Source: Salpingoeca rosetta (lineage: Eukaryota; Protista; Choanoflagellata). From it: a stretch of 64,000 nt of DNA. The position numbers were made by a program, and so were the translations under genes. Under the pieces are notes generated by a model. It saw only the letters and a list, made by a program, of their open reading frames with translations. It was not told the DNA's origin and did not search any database. The stretch is from contig JAWQFM010000006.1 of the NCBI GenBank assembly GCA_033442325.1, positions 957,200-1,021,199 of the forward strand. The letters run 5' to 3'. Within the stretch, counting starts at the first letter, position 1. The number at the start of each line of letters is the position of its first letter. Below are positions 34,691-50,747 of this stretch, one piece after another.

Positions 34691-36525
34691 ATGGATGCTG
34701 GTGGTGTGCTGATGAGGATGACGACGGTGCTGGCGCTGATGGCGGCGCTGATGATGATGGCGATAGTGACGACGACGACGATGATGACGGAGGCTGCGCC
34801 GACGTGTGGGTTTGAGCAGCTGGCAGAGCGCGGTGGCCGAACACGGCGGGATATTGTGAGCGGGCTGACGCCCACGGTGGATAGCCGCTTCGCGTTTCCC
34901 TCGGACGACAGCTCCGCCGATGTTGCACCCAGCAAATGCACGGTCAAGGACGATGTGGCCAGCATCTTCGGCATTGGCTATTCGGAGTGCTACAGCCCAG
35001 AGGTCACCGCACACTACTCAAACCTCGAGTCATGGCCAGACACCACTCTCAAAGTCAAGTTCAAGACCATCACAAACGGTATAGAATATGAAGCAGAAGG
35101 AGTGTCCTGGGTTGTCTTGTTTAGATTTCCTTCCATGTGTGCATGCGCGCGTGTGAGTGAGTGAGTGAGTGTGTGTGTGTGTGAGTGAGTGAGTGAGTGA
35201 GTGTATGTGTGTGAGTGAGTGAGTGAGTGAGTGTGTGTGTGTGTGCTGGACCTTGACCTTCTTGGCTCACGCGTTCCGCTGGTCCTGCCATGGGTTGAGT
35301 TGATGTCATGTTCCTGGTGAAGGTAATGCTCATGGTTAACCTTGTCCACCAACACATGGTGGTGTTGTTTGTGGGGCATGCTGCCACCTCACCCACACGT
35401 CCCCTCCATTCACGGGCCTAACTAACTTGCTGGCTGTGATTGCCTCAGACACCGGGACCGGGTTTGTGACACAGGACGACTTTGAGCACGCCCTTGGCCT
35501 GCTCAACTCATCGTACGCCAACGCAGGCATCTCCTTCACTGGCGACGCAGACTTTGTGGTGCGTTTGCGCGTGGGCCGGCGATGCTGGCACAGACGCACA
35601 TCTGCCGTTCATGATGATGATGGTGATGCATTCATGTCTTTTGACGTTTCAATGTATCATACGCAGAACTCACTCTCTCGCTCTCACATGCACCCCCCCC
35701 CCCACACACACGTGCGCGCGCGCGCTCTCTCTCTCTCTCTCTTTCTTATGCACTGTATCAGGCGAGCCAAACCATCTTTGATTCCATGGTGAACACGGCG
35801 GGGTACACGTCCTCCAACCTGTTCGGTGTGCTGGATCCGTTGTCGCAAGTGCTGGGCATCGACCAAGACCTTGAAACGCGCGATGTACACTGTAAGTTGA
35901 TGGGCACCCACTCTGCTCACAGCCCCAGCACACGCATTGCATGTCCCCGCTTTCGTTTCAGAGCAGCACACCACCCGATGTAGTCACCTTTGCCAGCCAC
36001 ACGCACTCACCTCCCCTCCAACGCCACTGCATGCCTGTCACTGTCCGTCAGCGTACATTGTCGTCCTCAAACTTGACATGTCGGAGATTGTCGGCGTCTG
36101 GTACGCGTTGTGTGTGTGCGTATGGTGAAGTGTGCGTGTCAGTGTGCATGCGTGTGTCAGTGTGCTTGCCTGAATTGTATGCATGTGCATCTGTGTATGC
36201 ATTGCAGCTATGCATGCTCATTCTAAATGCGGCTTGTGCCTTCACTCACTCCCGCGTTATCACCCCTACATCATGACCACCATCACCACCATGTTGTGAC
36301 CGCGCAGTGTGCCTGAGACGGGCATGCTTTCTGCCCGCGCGCAAGTGTTGAAGGATGCGAGTGGCGTCCCCGATTGGTGGGGAAATATCTGCTTCCTCGA
36401 CTACAGGTGTGGCCACATGCTCAGCGCTGGTGTGTTGTGACAAATAGACAGCGTACAAGTGATGTCGGGTGGCTTTGGCGGTTGTTTCTACACTCAACCT
36501 GCACTCCCTCAACACACGCACACGC

Positions 36526-36579
<54 letters not shown>

Positions 36580-36901
36580 GCACACGCACACACACACACA
36601 CACACTCCAACAGGTGGTTCAGCGTCCGCGGCATCAATGCGCTTGCCGATGCGCGCTCCAACGGGCTATACACAATCCACGAGATGGGCCACTCGCTCGG
36701 CCTCCTCCACACGTTCCAGGCCGCTGCGTACAAGTTTGCCAACGGCGCGTGTGTTGCCCCAGATTACGTCGGCTCTTCATGCTTCGCGGAGGATGTACGC
36801 CGCACAGTTTATGCTTTGATGGGCCGTGCTTGTGCGCACATGTGTGCGTATGTGCGTATGTTCGTGTGCGTGTGCGTATGTGCGTGTGCGTGTGCGTGTG
36901 C

Positions 36902-36953
<52 letters not shown>

Positions 36954-37209
36954 ATGTGCGTGTTTCCACGCGTGCAGCTGTCACATTCCCAATCACCCAG
37001 TGCTTACCTTCAACCTTAACCACCACCACGAACACCACCACCGCCACCAACACGATCAGGACTCGTTTGAGAACGGCGATTACATTGCGGACACGGCGGT
37101 GATGGTGTCAAGCACGGTAGCCTCTCCGGGTGGCAGCATCTTCGACAACGCCACATGCATGGCCGGTCCCCGCTACCCGGGACACTGCAACGGCAACCCG
37201 TTTGCGTGA
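34691..37209 (+). CDS. Secreted M43 (pappalysin/ulilysin-like) zinc metalloprotease, 3' end uncertain or truncated
   Basis: Hydrophobic signal-like N-terminus, LLNSSYANAGISF, zinc motif HEMGHSLGLLHTF, GDYIADT. No NxMxY Met-turn exon found. Confidence 0.75.
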
Positions 37210-37224
37210 GTGTTTATGAATGTC

Positions 37225-37327
<103 letters not shown>

Positions 37328-38013
37328 ACACGTGTGGTGTGATGCTGTCGTGCGTGAACTTGGATGAGTGAGGCCACAGCTTTTGTTATTGCGTCTTGTT
37401 CTTCTTCCTCCTTTTCCGTTGGGGCCCCTTTGCTTCGTGTTGCTCCTTCTCGGGCGTTTGTTCCCCCGTTTTGCCACTCGCCCCCCTCCCTCTCTTCCTT
37501 CACTGAAGCTGTTGGCACGCGAGCACCATTGATTGAGTTTGGTATTGGAGTAAACGCGATGTGAGACACCAGTCGTTTACGGATGGGCGGGCACAAAGCG
37601 CCCAACGAACAGCAACCAGTAGCAACAGCAACAAGAACACCAGATCAACAAACGACGGCAACAATAACCACGACGACGACGATGATGATAATGGTCAGAG
37701 ACAAGGGGGAAAGACAGAAAGACAGGACAGGACAGGGACGCACAGACATGCACATGCACGCTTACATGCACACGCATGTGCAGAATGGGCTACAACACTA
37801 CATACCACAACGCACACATACACACACACACACATTTGAAGAGCAGCACGAAGGCAACACAAACCCGCAGACTTGCAAGTGTTGCCTGTGTAGCCGGCTT
37901 GGAGTGCGCACACTGTCGGCGTCATCATCACTACTACCACCACACAATCATCACACCCACCACAACCATAACCCATCTTAACACACGACGCTCTTGTGAC
38001 GGGCATGCACACA

Positions 38014-39553
38014 TCAGTTCTTGCGCGGGATGGCGAGTGCGAGCTGTGTTGGAAGACGGCCCACATTGCCCGAGTAGTGGGTGATGAGGTCTGGCAGGTA
38101 CGGAAAGCGCGGACCCTGGTCAAGCCCAAACGACACGCGCCCGCCACTACCCTGCACCTGCATCGCGTGGTGGACGAGAAGCAAGGGGAGGCAGGCAAAG
38201 GAAGGACGTGGGGCGAGGTTGTTGTGATGAGACAATTGTGGTGAAAGGGAAGCATCGGTGAGGGTGGGGGCCGCGTTTGAAGTGGATACGTGTGACGCGG
38301 AAACGAGAGAAGCGACACAGGACAAGTGGAATATGCTGCACTGACACGTCAACAACATTAACATAACAGTGCCACACAGCAGCAGCAGCAGCCTCGCTCT
38401 TTCTTCCCACCTTCTTGACTTTGTAGTGATGCGGCTTGGACTCGAAGCAGAGCGAAATGACGTAATCGCCAGGATGGCTCGTCGATTCGCGAACAAGATA
38501 CGCCCCTTGCCTGCAGGCACAATGGCGACCCAGTGAAAGGAGCAATGAGTGGGTAAGGGGGCGAACGCTCGCGCGCGTGTGTATGTAGGTATGTGTATGT
38601 ATGTATGTGTATGTATGTGTATGTATGTGTATGTATGTGTATGTATGTGTATGTATGTGTATGTATGTATGTGCGTGCGTGCGTGCGTGCGTGTGTATGT
38701 GTATGTGGGGGGGGGGAGGCTTAAGCGCAAAGGCGGCAAGATCACCATGTCAACTCCATCCTTCACCCCCACCCTCACTCGGCACAACCACCATCACTTA
38801 TGCCAACAAACGCACGCGAAGTTGTAGTCCCTGAGCAGGGCCTCGGCCGCGTCGCGCGAGAGAGCGCCGTGGAACCAGGCGTGCTGCAGCAGCTGCGACG
38901 TGATGGAATCTTTCTCGCCGTTCTTGCCGTCGCCGCTCTTGCTGTCGTCGGCAAAGTCATCAAACTCGACGCCAGTGGCGGCGGAGACGTTTGGCGAATC
39001 CGATGACGCAGCGCGCATGCTTTGCCACTGGTAGTGGTGATGGTGGTGATGGTGGTGGTGTCGCAAGGACTTAGCGGTTTCACAATGCGCAAGCAAACTT
39101 CAGTGCATGCAAAGAGAGACAAAACGCACACAGAGAGATACAGAAACACAGACAGGCACGCATACACACACACACATACATACAGACAGACAGGCACGCA
39201 TACACACACACGCATACACACACACAGACGCGCATACACACTCTCTATTCCTGGCCGACTGCACGGCACACCTTTTGCACGAGCTTCTTGTTCACGTGGC
39301 GGACATCCTGTCGCGTGGGCGCCTTGAACTGCTTGGCCGTGTCAGGGTTGAACTCGCCCAGCTCAGCAAGCTTGTCAAAGCGCTTGCACGTCTCCTCGTA
39401 CCCTTCGCGCAGGTTCGCGCCAAACACGGCAAAGCGGATGCCGGCTAGCCAGATGTTGCGGTCGTCGTCGCTGCTGAACGTCATGGTCGGAATATCCTGC
39501 GGCTCAAACCGCCGCTTGCGGATGTTGGGCTGTGCACACACACACACACACAC

Positions 39554-39614
<61 letters not shown>

Positions 39615-40001
39615 GCACGAGGTGTTATGGCGGTACCGAGATGAGCAAGAAGAATGGGGAGGAGGTGTCACTTCGTGCTGGATAAGAACAATACGAGGGC
39701 AGATGTGCGATAATTTCATGCACGGAAGCGACGACTTACGCGGAAGGCAATGGCAAAGTGTGTCGGCGCCTTGAGTTTGGTGAGGAACGCCGGCAGCGGC
39801 GTGCATACGTAGTGCTCATCAAACTTGACGTACACTTGCAGATCGCGAGAGGCCTGCCAAAGACGAGGACAGGGAGTGACGGAAGGTTGTACCAGAAGGA
39901 TAGGTGGCGTGCTGACGCACATTGTATCATGATGCACGTGGCGCTCGTGGCATGCATCAGATACAAGGGCAACACTGACAGCAATCTTGTATTGTTCGAT
40001 A

Positions 40002-40061
<60 letters not shown>

Positions 40062-40607
40062 CACACCTCTGATTCGCCCTTTGCTGAGAAGTAGACGCCC
40101 GACGCGCGGAGCACGCAGAACCGCTTCTTCCACTTCTTGCCCTCCTTGATCTGCGCAAATCCCTTCACGTCCGGCACGCGCGCCGTGTTGCTGAAGTACT
40201 CCTGCCAGGGTGCGCCAGTGGCGATGATTGTGGCGGTGGTGGTGGTGAGGGTGAGATGCATTCGAATCGCGAGAACACTCTACAACACACACACACATAC
40301 ACACACGCACACACACACACACACAATCAAGCACAGCATGTGCGTGACTGCGGCACCTGGAAGAGTCGGCGTTTTGCATTTCCGGCGAGCTGTGACGTCT
40401 GCGCAGTCGCCTCAATGTCCGCCCGCACAGAGTGGGGGAAGTATTTCTTGGAGAAGAGGGGGAGGAGGGATGGTGGAATGGAAACACCACGTTGAGGTTA
40501 GAAGAGCTTGGAAGACGGTGACAAGTAACACTCCAGAAGCAAGTTGGTATGTACATGCATGCACACCCACACACACACACCCACACACACACCCACCCAC
40601 ACACACC

Positions 40608-40700
<93 letters not shown>

Positions 40701-42094
40701 GGGTGAGGCGATTGAAGGATTGATGTGGGCAGATGTGTGCGAGTGAGCGAGTGCATGAGCAACATCGTCAACCAAACAATCGTCGCGAGTGCACGGCTCA
40801 AGGGAACAGCGCACTAACCTCGGTTCCAAAACTGCAGAGGTCGGCAAGCAGGTCATCAAGATCGGAATCTTGCATGCCTGTCAGCGTCAGCGCGCGCGAG
40901 AGCGTGTGAGAGTGAATCAGTGTGTGCGTGTGTGGTTGTGGTTGTGCGTGAGTGCGTTTGGGCGTTTTGCACTGTTAGCACTTGCACTCGCGTCACACAC
41001 TAACACTACCACCCCCCCCACACACACACACGCACACATGACTTGGTCTCTGCTTACTTGAGAGGACGGCGACGCTGGATGCCATGCCTGTGTCTGCATT
41101 GTGTTCATAATCACCATCATCGATGTGCTTGGTGCTTTGGGCTCCGTCGTGCCCCTGCCCTGTCTCCTCCGCCATGTGCGGGCCATCCAGGTCGCCCAGC
41201 ATGTTTTCGATATCGCCAAGGATGTTGTCCAGCTGATCAATGGTTTCCTCTTTCGTCGACGCAGCCCCCGTGTTCTGTGCCGCGACCGGCTCTGGGTTTG
41301 CTTGCTCTTGCACGTCATCTTCTTCAGATTGAGCCCCGTGCTGCACTTGCTGTTCTCCTTCCTGCTGCTGTTCTTCTTCCTGCTGCTCCTCCTGCACATG
41401 CTGCTGTTCTTCTTGCTGTTGCTGCTGTTGCGTGGGTGTACCGTTGTTCTCGGCTGCAGGTGGCTGCTCAGCGGACAGGGAGTCCGTGCGAGGTTTTGGT
41501 TTCGGCTTTGGTTTTGGTTTTGGCGCGGGCCGAGGTGGGGCCGGTGCAGCCTCTGGGCCGGCCTCTGCTTCGTCTTGCTGCTGCTCGGCGGGTGCTGCTG
41601 TCTGCGGCTGTGAAGGTTCTTGGGGCTGTTCCTGCTGTTCCTGCTGTTCCTGCTGTTCCAGCTGCGCCTGCTGCTGTTCGTCTGTAGCACCCGCTGAAGG
41701 CAGGTGCTTCAGAATGCGGTTGCGGTGGCCCTGGAGTGTGATGCCCATCTCCGTGAGCTTGTCGCTCGTCAGGGCGCCAGCTTTCTCCTGTGACCGAACA
41801 ACGTATTTGATGATGTGCCGTGATTGTCAGAACCGAAACGAGTCTTCTCCTTTGCACACAGCAGAATCATTGGGGAGATGCGTGGGAGCGCACACATAGA
41901 GACAGAGACAAACAGACAACCTCACGCACAAACATGCACACAGAACGTGGACGTGCACACACAGAGACAGACAAGCACACTCACCGACACAAACACACAT
42001 ACACACAGACAGACACATACAAACACATACACATACATACACAAAAAAACACAAACGCACACACAGCACACATACACACACACACGCACAAACA

Positions 42095-42138
<44 letters not shown>

Positions 42139-42268
42139 AACACACACACACACACACGCGCGCGCGCACACAAGCAAATCGCACCAGTGAATCGACGCCA
42201 TGGTCCGCAAACACTTGGATGTACTTGGTGAGCTTGAGCCCCGTCAACCACTCCTCCACATCCGCCAT
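38014..42268 (-). CDS. SAM-PH-SH2 adaptor related to Grb7/10/14 and MRL (RIAM/lamellipodin) families
   Basis: SAM: [36 protein letters not shown]: [47 protein letters not shown]2: [49 protein letters not shown]. Confidence 0.88.
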
Positions 42269-42654
42269 CGCCTCTTCTGTCTTCTTCACTTCTGTGTTGT
42301 TTGTTGTGTTGGTGTGCTGGAAGGCAAAATTGCCTTTGTCTTTCCTGTCCTTGAAGGATTTAGAAACGTCAAAATTGCCTTCACAGCGACAACGACGACA
42401 ACGACACACAAACAAAACAAGAGGAAAGAGCAAGCAAGCAAACAATCCATTCTTCAACCGCCACAGCACCTCACCCTTCTTGACCTTTGCTCCTTCCCTG
42501 GTTTGTTCTGGCATCATCGTGGCTGCCTTGTTCCAGATCCCAGATCCCGCCGCTCCCTTCTTGCCACTGCCCTCCCCCTTCCTTCTGCTCCACAACAAAC
42601 CACAGTTCGTCTCCGTTGTGTCTTCTTGCGCCTTCAAGAGCAATACAAGGTCTC
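42269..42654. promoter_or_regulatory. Putative bidirectional promoter between the adaptor and PDK
   Basis: Head-to-head ATGs are 386 bp apart. The 12-mer CAAAATTGCCTT occurs twice (42325, 42370). Confidence 0.45.
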
Positions 42655-45936
<3,282 letters not shown>

Positions 45937-46180
45937 GCGCCACACCCCACACTCTGTTTGTCCTCTCGCCTTTCTTCTCCTCTCCTCTCCTTTGTCGTCT
46001 CGTCTCTGCTCGTTGTCCTCTGGCCTCCTGGCCTCTCGTTCCTTCTTCCATGCCTTTTCTAATTGGGCAGGTGGAAGCATGGCTTGCTGACTACTGCAAC
46101 ACCACGCGGTTTTGCTGCTGCCCCCTTCCACTCTCACCTCTCATGGCGTTACTTTGTGGGCGGCGAGCATGTTGCTCTCG

Positions 46181-46240
<60 letters not shown>

Positions 46241-46739
46241 TGCCTTTCTCTCACTCACACACACTCATTCACACACTGTATCATTCACCCTTTCTTCTGC
46301 GACTGTTACGAGTTTGCTTTGGAAGCACCAGCTTGTGTGTGCAAGGTCAGCGGCGAGTAAGCGTGCAGTTGCTGACAGTAAACAAACGCAATATGGGATG
46401 CGATGAGGAAGAGTGCAGGAGAGAACGGAGCTGCAGAGGGAGGAACGTGCGCGGGCGGGGTGGGAATAACTGGCCACGAAGCGCACGTACACAGTCGCAG
46501 AGACAAACGAAGTGACGGGCGTAGACACAGACAGGCAGGCATGCATGCATGCATGCAGTCAGGCAGACCGACACACAGACACACAGACACACAGACACAC
46601 ACACACACACACACAGGCACACAGACACACACACACAAAAGCACACACAGAACACACACAAAAGCACACGCAGACATACAGACACACACAGACATACAGA
46701 CACACACAGACATACAGACACACACACACACACACGGCG

Positions 46740-47633
46740 TTATGAGCTGTATCCGACCCATGGCAAGAGCTTGCAGTCGTTGCCGTACATGCGTCCGTTC
46801 TGGATGTCCTGGCGCGGCGCCGTTGCCAGCCAGACAGGCGTGGCGGCTCCCTCCTCCGGGCTCTTCTTGGTGCTGCTGCCCGTGTAGCTGGCCACCATAT
46901 CCGTGTCGACAAGGCCGGGCGTGCAGCAAGTGACGAGCAGGTCCTTGTTGTCGCGTGCCCAGATGTGCGTGAGCGCGTTGACGGCGGCCTTGGAAAACCC
47001 GTACGCCTGCAGCCACCAGCCAGTGGGCGACGCACACGGCAGGGTCGTGGACGCCTTGGCGCTCTCATCCACGGCCTGTTTGTACTCCGCGCTAAACTCC
47101 TCCACGAGCGTGTCCAGCGTGTCTTCGGTCAAGTCGTCGGCAAGCAAGGTAGCCTGTCGGGTCTCGCTTGTCTTCTCCATGTTCATGGGACCCGCACCGG
47201 AGGAGACGTTCACCACCCGCGCGTCCTTGGCCAGCAAGGGCCGCATTGCATGGAACACGCGCTGCACGCCGCGCACGTTGACCGCCATGGTCGTGTCGCA
47301 GGTGGCAGCGGTTGGAGGGTGCTTGCTCCACGGCAGGTCCAGGGCCACGCCGGCGTTGTTGACGAGGACGTCCAGTGTGACGTCGTGCGCCTTGAAGTAG
47401 GCAGCCGCCGCGTCCACGGACGCCTGGTCTGTCACGTCCAGCTGCACGAGGTGCACGCGCTCACGGGCGCTCTCATCCACGCCACTGCTCTTCCATGTTG
47501 CCAGGGCCTCTGCTGCGCGCTCGGGGTTGCGTGCGCCCATCCACACCACGTTGTCTTTGGAGCGCTCCACCAATGCCTTGCAGATTGCCAGCCCAATCCC
47601 ACGGTTCCCGCCAGTCACCAAGCTCACCGTCAT
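46740..47633 (-). CDS. Short-chain dehydrogenase/reductase, carbonyl reductase (CBR)-like, intronless
   Basis: VTGGNRGIG, LDVTD, LVNNAG, VNVSS, YGFSK (YxxxK), PGLVDTDM, KSPEEGAATPVWLA. Start at ATG 47633. Confidence 0.92.
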   Translation of the reverse strand: MTVSLVTGGNRGIGLAICKALVERSKDNVVWMGARNPERAAEALATWKSSGVDESARERVHLVQLDVTDQASVDAAAAYFKAHDVTLDVLVNNAGVALDLPWSKHPPTAATCDTTMAVNVRGVQRVFHAMRPLLAKDARVVNVSSGAGPMNMEKTSETRQATLLADDLTEDTLDTLVEEFSAEYKQAVDESAKASTTLPCASPTGWWLQAYGFSKAAVNALTHIWARDNKDLLVTCCTPGLVDTDMVASYTGSSTKKSPEEGAATPVWLATAPRQDIQNGRMYGNDCKLLPWVGYSS

Positions 47634-48386
47634 CTCCTCTGTGCGTGTCTCTATGTGTCTCTGTGCGTATCTCTGAGCGTGTGTCTGAGCGTATCTCTGA
47701 GCGTGTCTCCGTGCGTGTCTCCGTCTGCGTGTGAACGTATGGTGCACCTTTCTTCTGTTGTTCTGTCGTCGTCGTTTGGGTTGTTGTGTCAGTGGAAGAA
47801 GTGAAGAACACAACAGCAAGCAAAACAGCTGCGAGCGCAATTAGGTGTGTTTGTAGAATTTCATGTATATTTTAAACCACTTTTCGTGCTCATCCAGCAA
47901 CCAGCCACTTCCCACCACAACGAACCAAGCACAGCAGGCAGGCGTCCTTCGTCTTCCGCCCATCCAATTTGGTCCGCCACCACCAAGCCACACCACACCC
48001 GTACCGCTTTGTCACGCCGCGTACGCAACCAATACGGCGCACAAGCGAGCAACAAGCAAGCGAGTGGGCAAGCAAGGTTGTTTTATTTCTGTGACACACC
48101 AGGCCCAAAGCACGGCGCAACACCAGGGGAACAAAAGCAGCTCTCTGCGAACGAGCGAACGAGCGCGCAAATAGACAGACCGTTCTTGTTCATCAAGGCG
48201 CACACGCACCACACGCAACCAAGTGCACGAAGCACAAGTGCAGCAGCAACAACAAGGAAGCGAGCAATTGTTCAGGCTCGAACAAGTGTCGGCTTGTTCC
48301 CGAACACAACAGATTCGTCGCAAGCGCCACGGAGGCCGCCGTCCCACCCGCAACCATCCACCATTCTCAACCACACGTCGCCAGCC

Positions 48387-48661
48387 ATGGACGCGAATCC
48401 AAGCACGGATGACGATGGGTTTTGGGATGAGGAGGCGATTGTGCATCAAACGGCCGACTACCTGCAGGCCATGATGCAGCACAACACCTACTTCCCACCA
48501 GAGACCAAGGAGGATCCGCGCCTGTTCCACAACTTTTACCTCACCCGGCCCGTGCCCATCTCCTTGCGGGACTACATCATTCGTATGTGGCGGCTGGCAA
48601 AAGTCGGCACGGAGGCCGTCCTCTGCATCCCTTCCTACATTCGCGCCCTCTACCAGGTTAG

Positions 48662-48727
<66 letters not shown>

Positions 48728-49076
48728 CGTTGATGTGGGTTGATGTGGGTTGATGTGTGCTGAGTGAGTGTCTGTGTGTATGCGTTGATGTGTTGTGGTA
48801 GACTTGTGTGCATCGCAAAGCTCTTTTTTTTTGCGTGCACTGTGGCGCACTACAGCCTCGTTCCATGTGTTCGCTGACAGCTTTGCGCTGCGTTGCTATC
48901 TTCACTGCGTGTGTGTGTGTTTGTGTTGACTTGTTCCGTGATCAGACACACAACATGGTCTTTTCCGATAAGTTGGCGCATCGCATCGTCGCCACCTGTC
49001 TGCTCATCGCCATGAAGATGTGCAATGATGTCCTCTACACAAACGTACGCGCCGTTTGTGTGTCTGTGTGTGTGTC

Positions 49077-49107
<31 letters not shown>

Positions 49108-49613
49108 GTTTGTGTTTGTGTGTGTCTGTGTGTGCTTGTGTTGATGTGCCGCCTGTCTGCTTGTTGCGTGCCTCTCCTTTGCACATCTCGCCTCACTTCA
49201 TGCCTTTGTTCGCGTGTGTGCGTGTTGTCCCTCAGCGCCGCTACTCCAAGATCGCAGGCCTCTCCGCGGGCACCATGCTCCTTCTCGAACTCGTGAGTCG
49301 CACAACACACACACACACACATGTACACATCCAACACGCTCATGTGCATTCAACACGCGCGCATGTACTCGTTCAACACACAGCTACAGCCTCACGATTG
49401 ACACACACACATGCAAATGCACACATCTGCACGTGCGGTCCCATCACACGTGCACAGGAGATGCTGAAGCTGCTGGAGAAGAACGCGTGTTTGCCGCCAG
49501 CACAGCTCGTTTCCGACAGAAGACATGTGAGGTGTTCGTGTTGGTTGGTGGAGCGATTATGATGCGTTTGGCGGACACGCTGTTTCGCCACACATTCACA
49601 CACACACACACAC

Positions 49614-49657
<44 letters not shown>

Positions 49658-49662
49658 CACAC

Positions 49663-49699
<37 letters not shown>

Positions 49700-50207
49700 C
49701 ACACAACACGCCTGGCGTGTACAGCTGCAGCGGTTTGTAGCGGGGGAGGTGGCGGCGTGGGAGCAGCCGCCGGAGGTGGACCCATCGTCGTGGGTGCGGG
49801 TTGGTCGCGTGGAGCGGTTGGCACTCGAGGCAACGGAGGTGCTGAACAGGCTGTGCAGTGAAGACGAAGAGGAGGATGGTGGTGATGATGGTAGTGGTGT
49901 TGATGGTGGTGATGATGGTGAGTATGTTGATGGTGATGATGGTGGTGGTGGTGATGATGATGATCAGCAGAAGCAGAAGCTTGAGAAGGAAAGAGGGGTG
50001 AGTGGTGGTGACGGTAGCAATAACGTTGAGAGAGAGATGAATGGCGAGGGTGCAAGGAGCAGTGGTGGTGGTGGTGGTGGTGGTGGTGGTAGCGATGGTG
50101 ATGATGTTCGTGGTGCTCACGCACCACAACATGACACAGACAGCGCCAACCAACAACACCAGCACCAACACCAACACCAATCAAATCATGACGCACAACA
50201 TGCCTGA
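48387..50207 (+). CDS. PHO80/cyclin-P(U)-like cyclin, multi-exon, acidic/Gly-rich tail
   Basis: PISLRDYIIRM, AHRIVATCLLIAMKMCNDVLYTN, RYSKIAGLS, LLELEMLKLL. Confidence 0.85.
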
Positions 50208-50747
50208 ACCACGCACCCTTGTCCTCGCGTGTTGACGTGTTACAACCATCTTGTTGCCCTGTTGTATTTCCTCTCGATTAGCACGTTGTTACAATGTGCA
50301 CCCTCCATTGTGGAGTACTTCACCTTTGCTTGTGTTATGACGCACATTTGCACTCTCACACGCACGCACGCACGTGTGTTCTGCTGTCAATCAACCCCCT
50401 CTGCCCGCTTCCTTGCTTTTCTTGTGCATACCCCCTTGTCCCCTCTTCCAGCTGTTCGATCGAAGCATTGGTTACGGGTGTACTGTTGATCAAACATCAC
50501 GTAAACGCAGCCAGGCACATGCGCACACACTTAACCGAGTGCACAAGTGCCCACAACACTTTGCATCACATCGCACACGCATGCATCAACATCGACTGAA
50601 CAAATCAACACACACGCTTTCGATAAGCTGTGGCGCGTTGTTCTCCTGCCACAACGTGATCCATCCATCCGTCCATCCAATCAAACTACTTTGCTTGTTG
50701 CTCGCACAAGACTTGGCTGGTTGTCCTTACTTGTCATTGGGGGCTGC

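Noticed and set aside
47634-48386. N-terminal extensions of the SDR and cyclin ORFs in the track
   Set aside because: They begin at non-ATG codons and encode low-complexity sequence; homology starts at ATG 47633 and ATG 48387.
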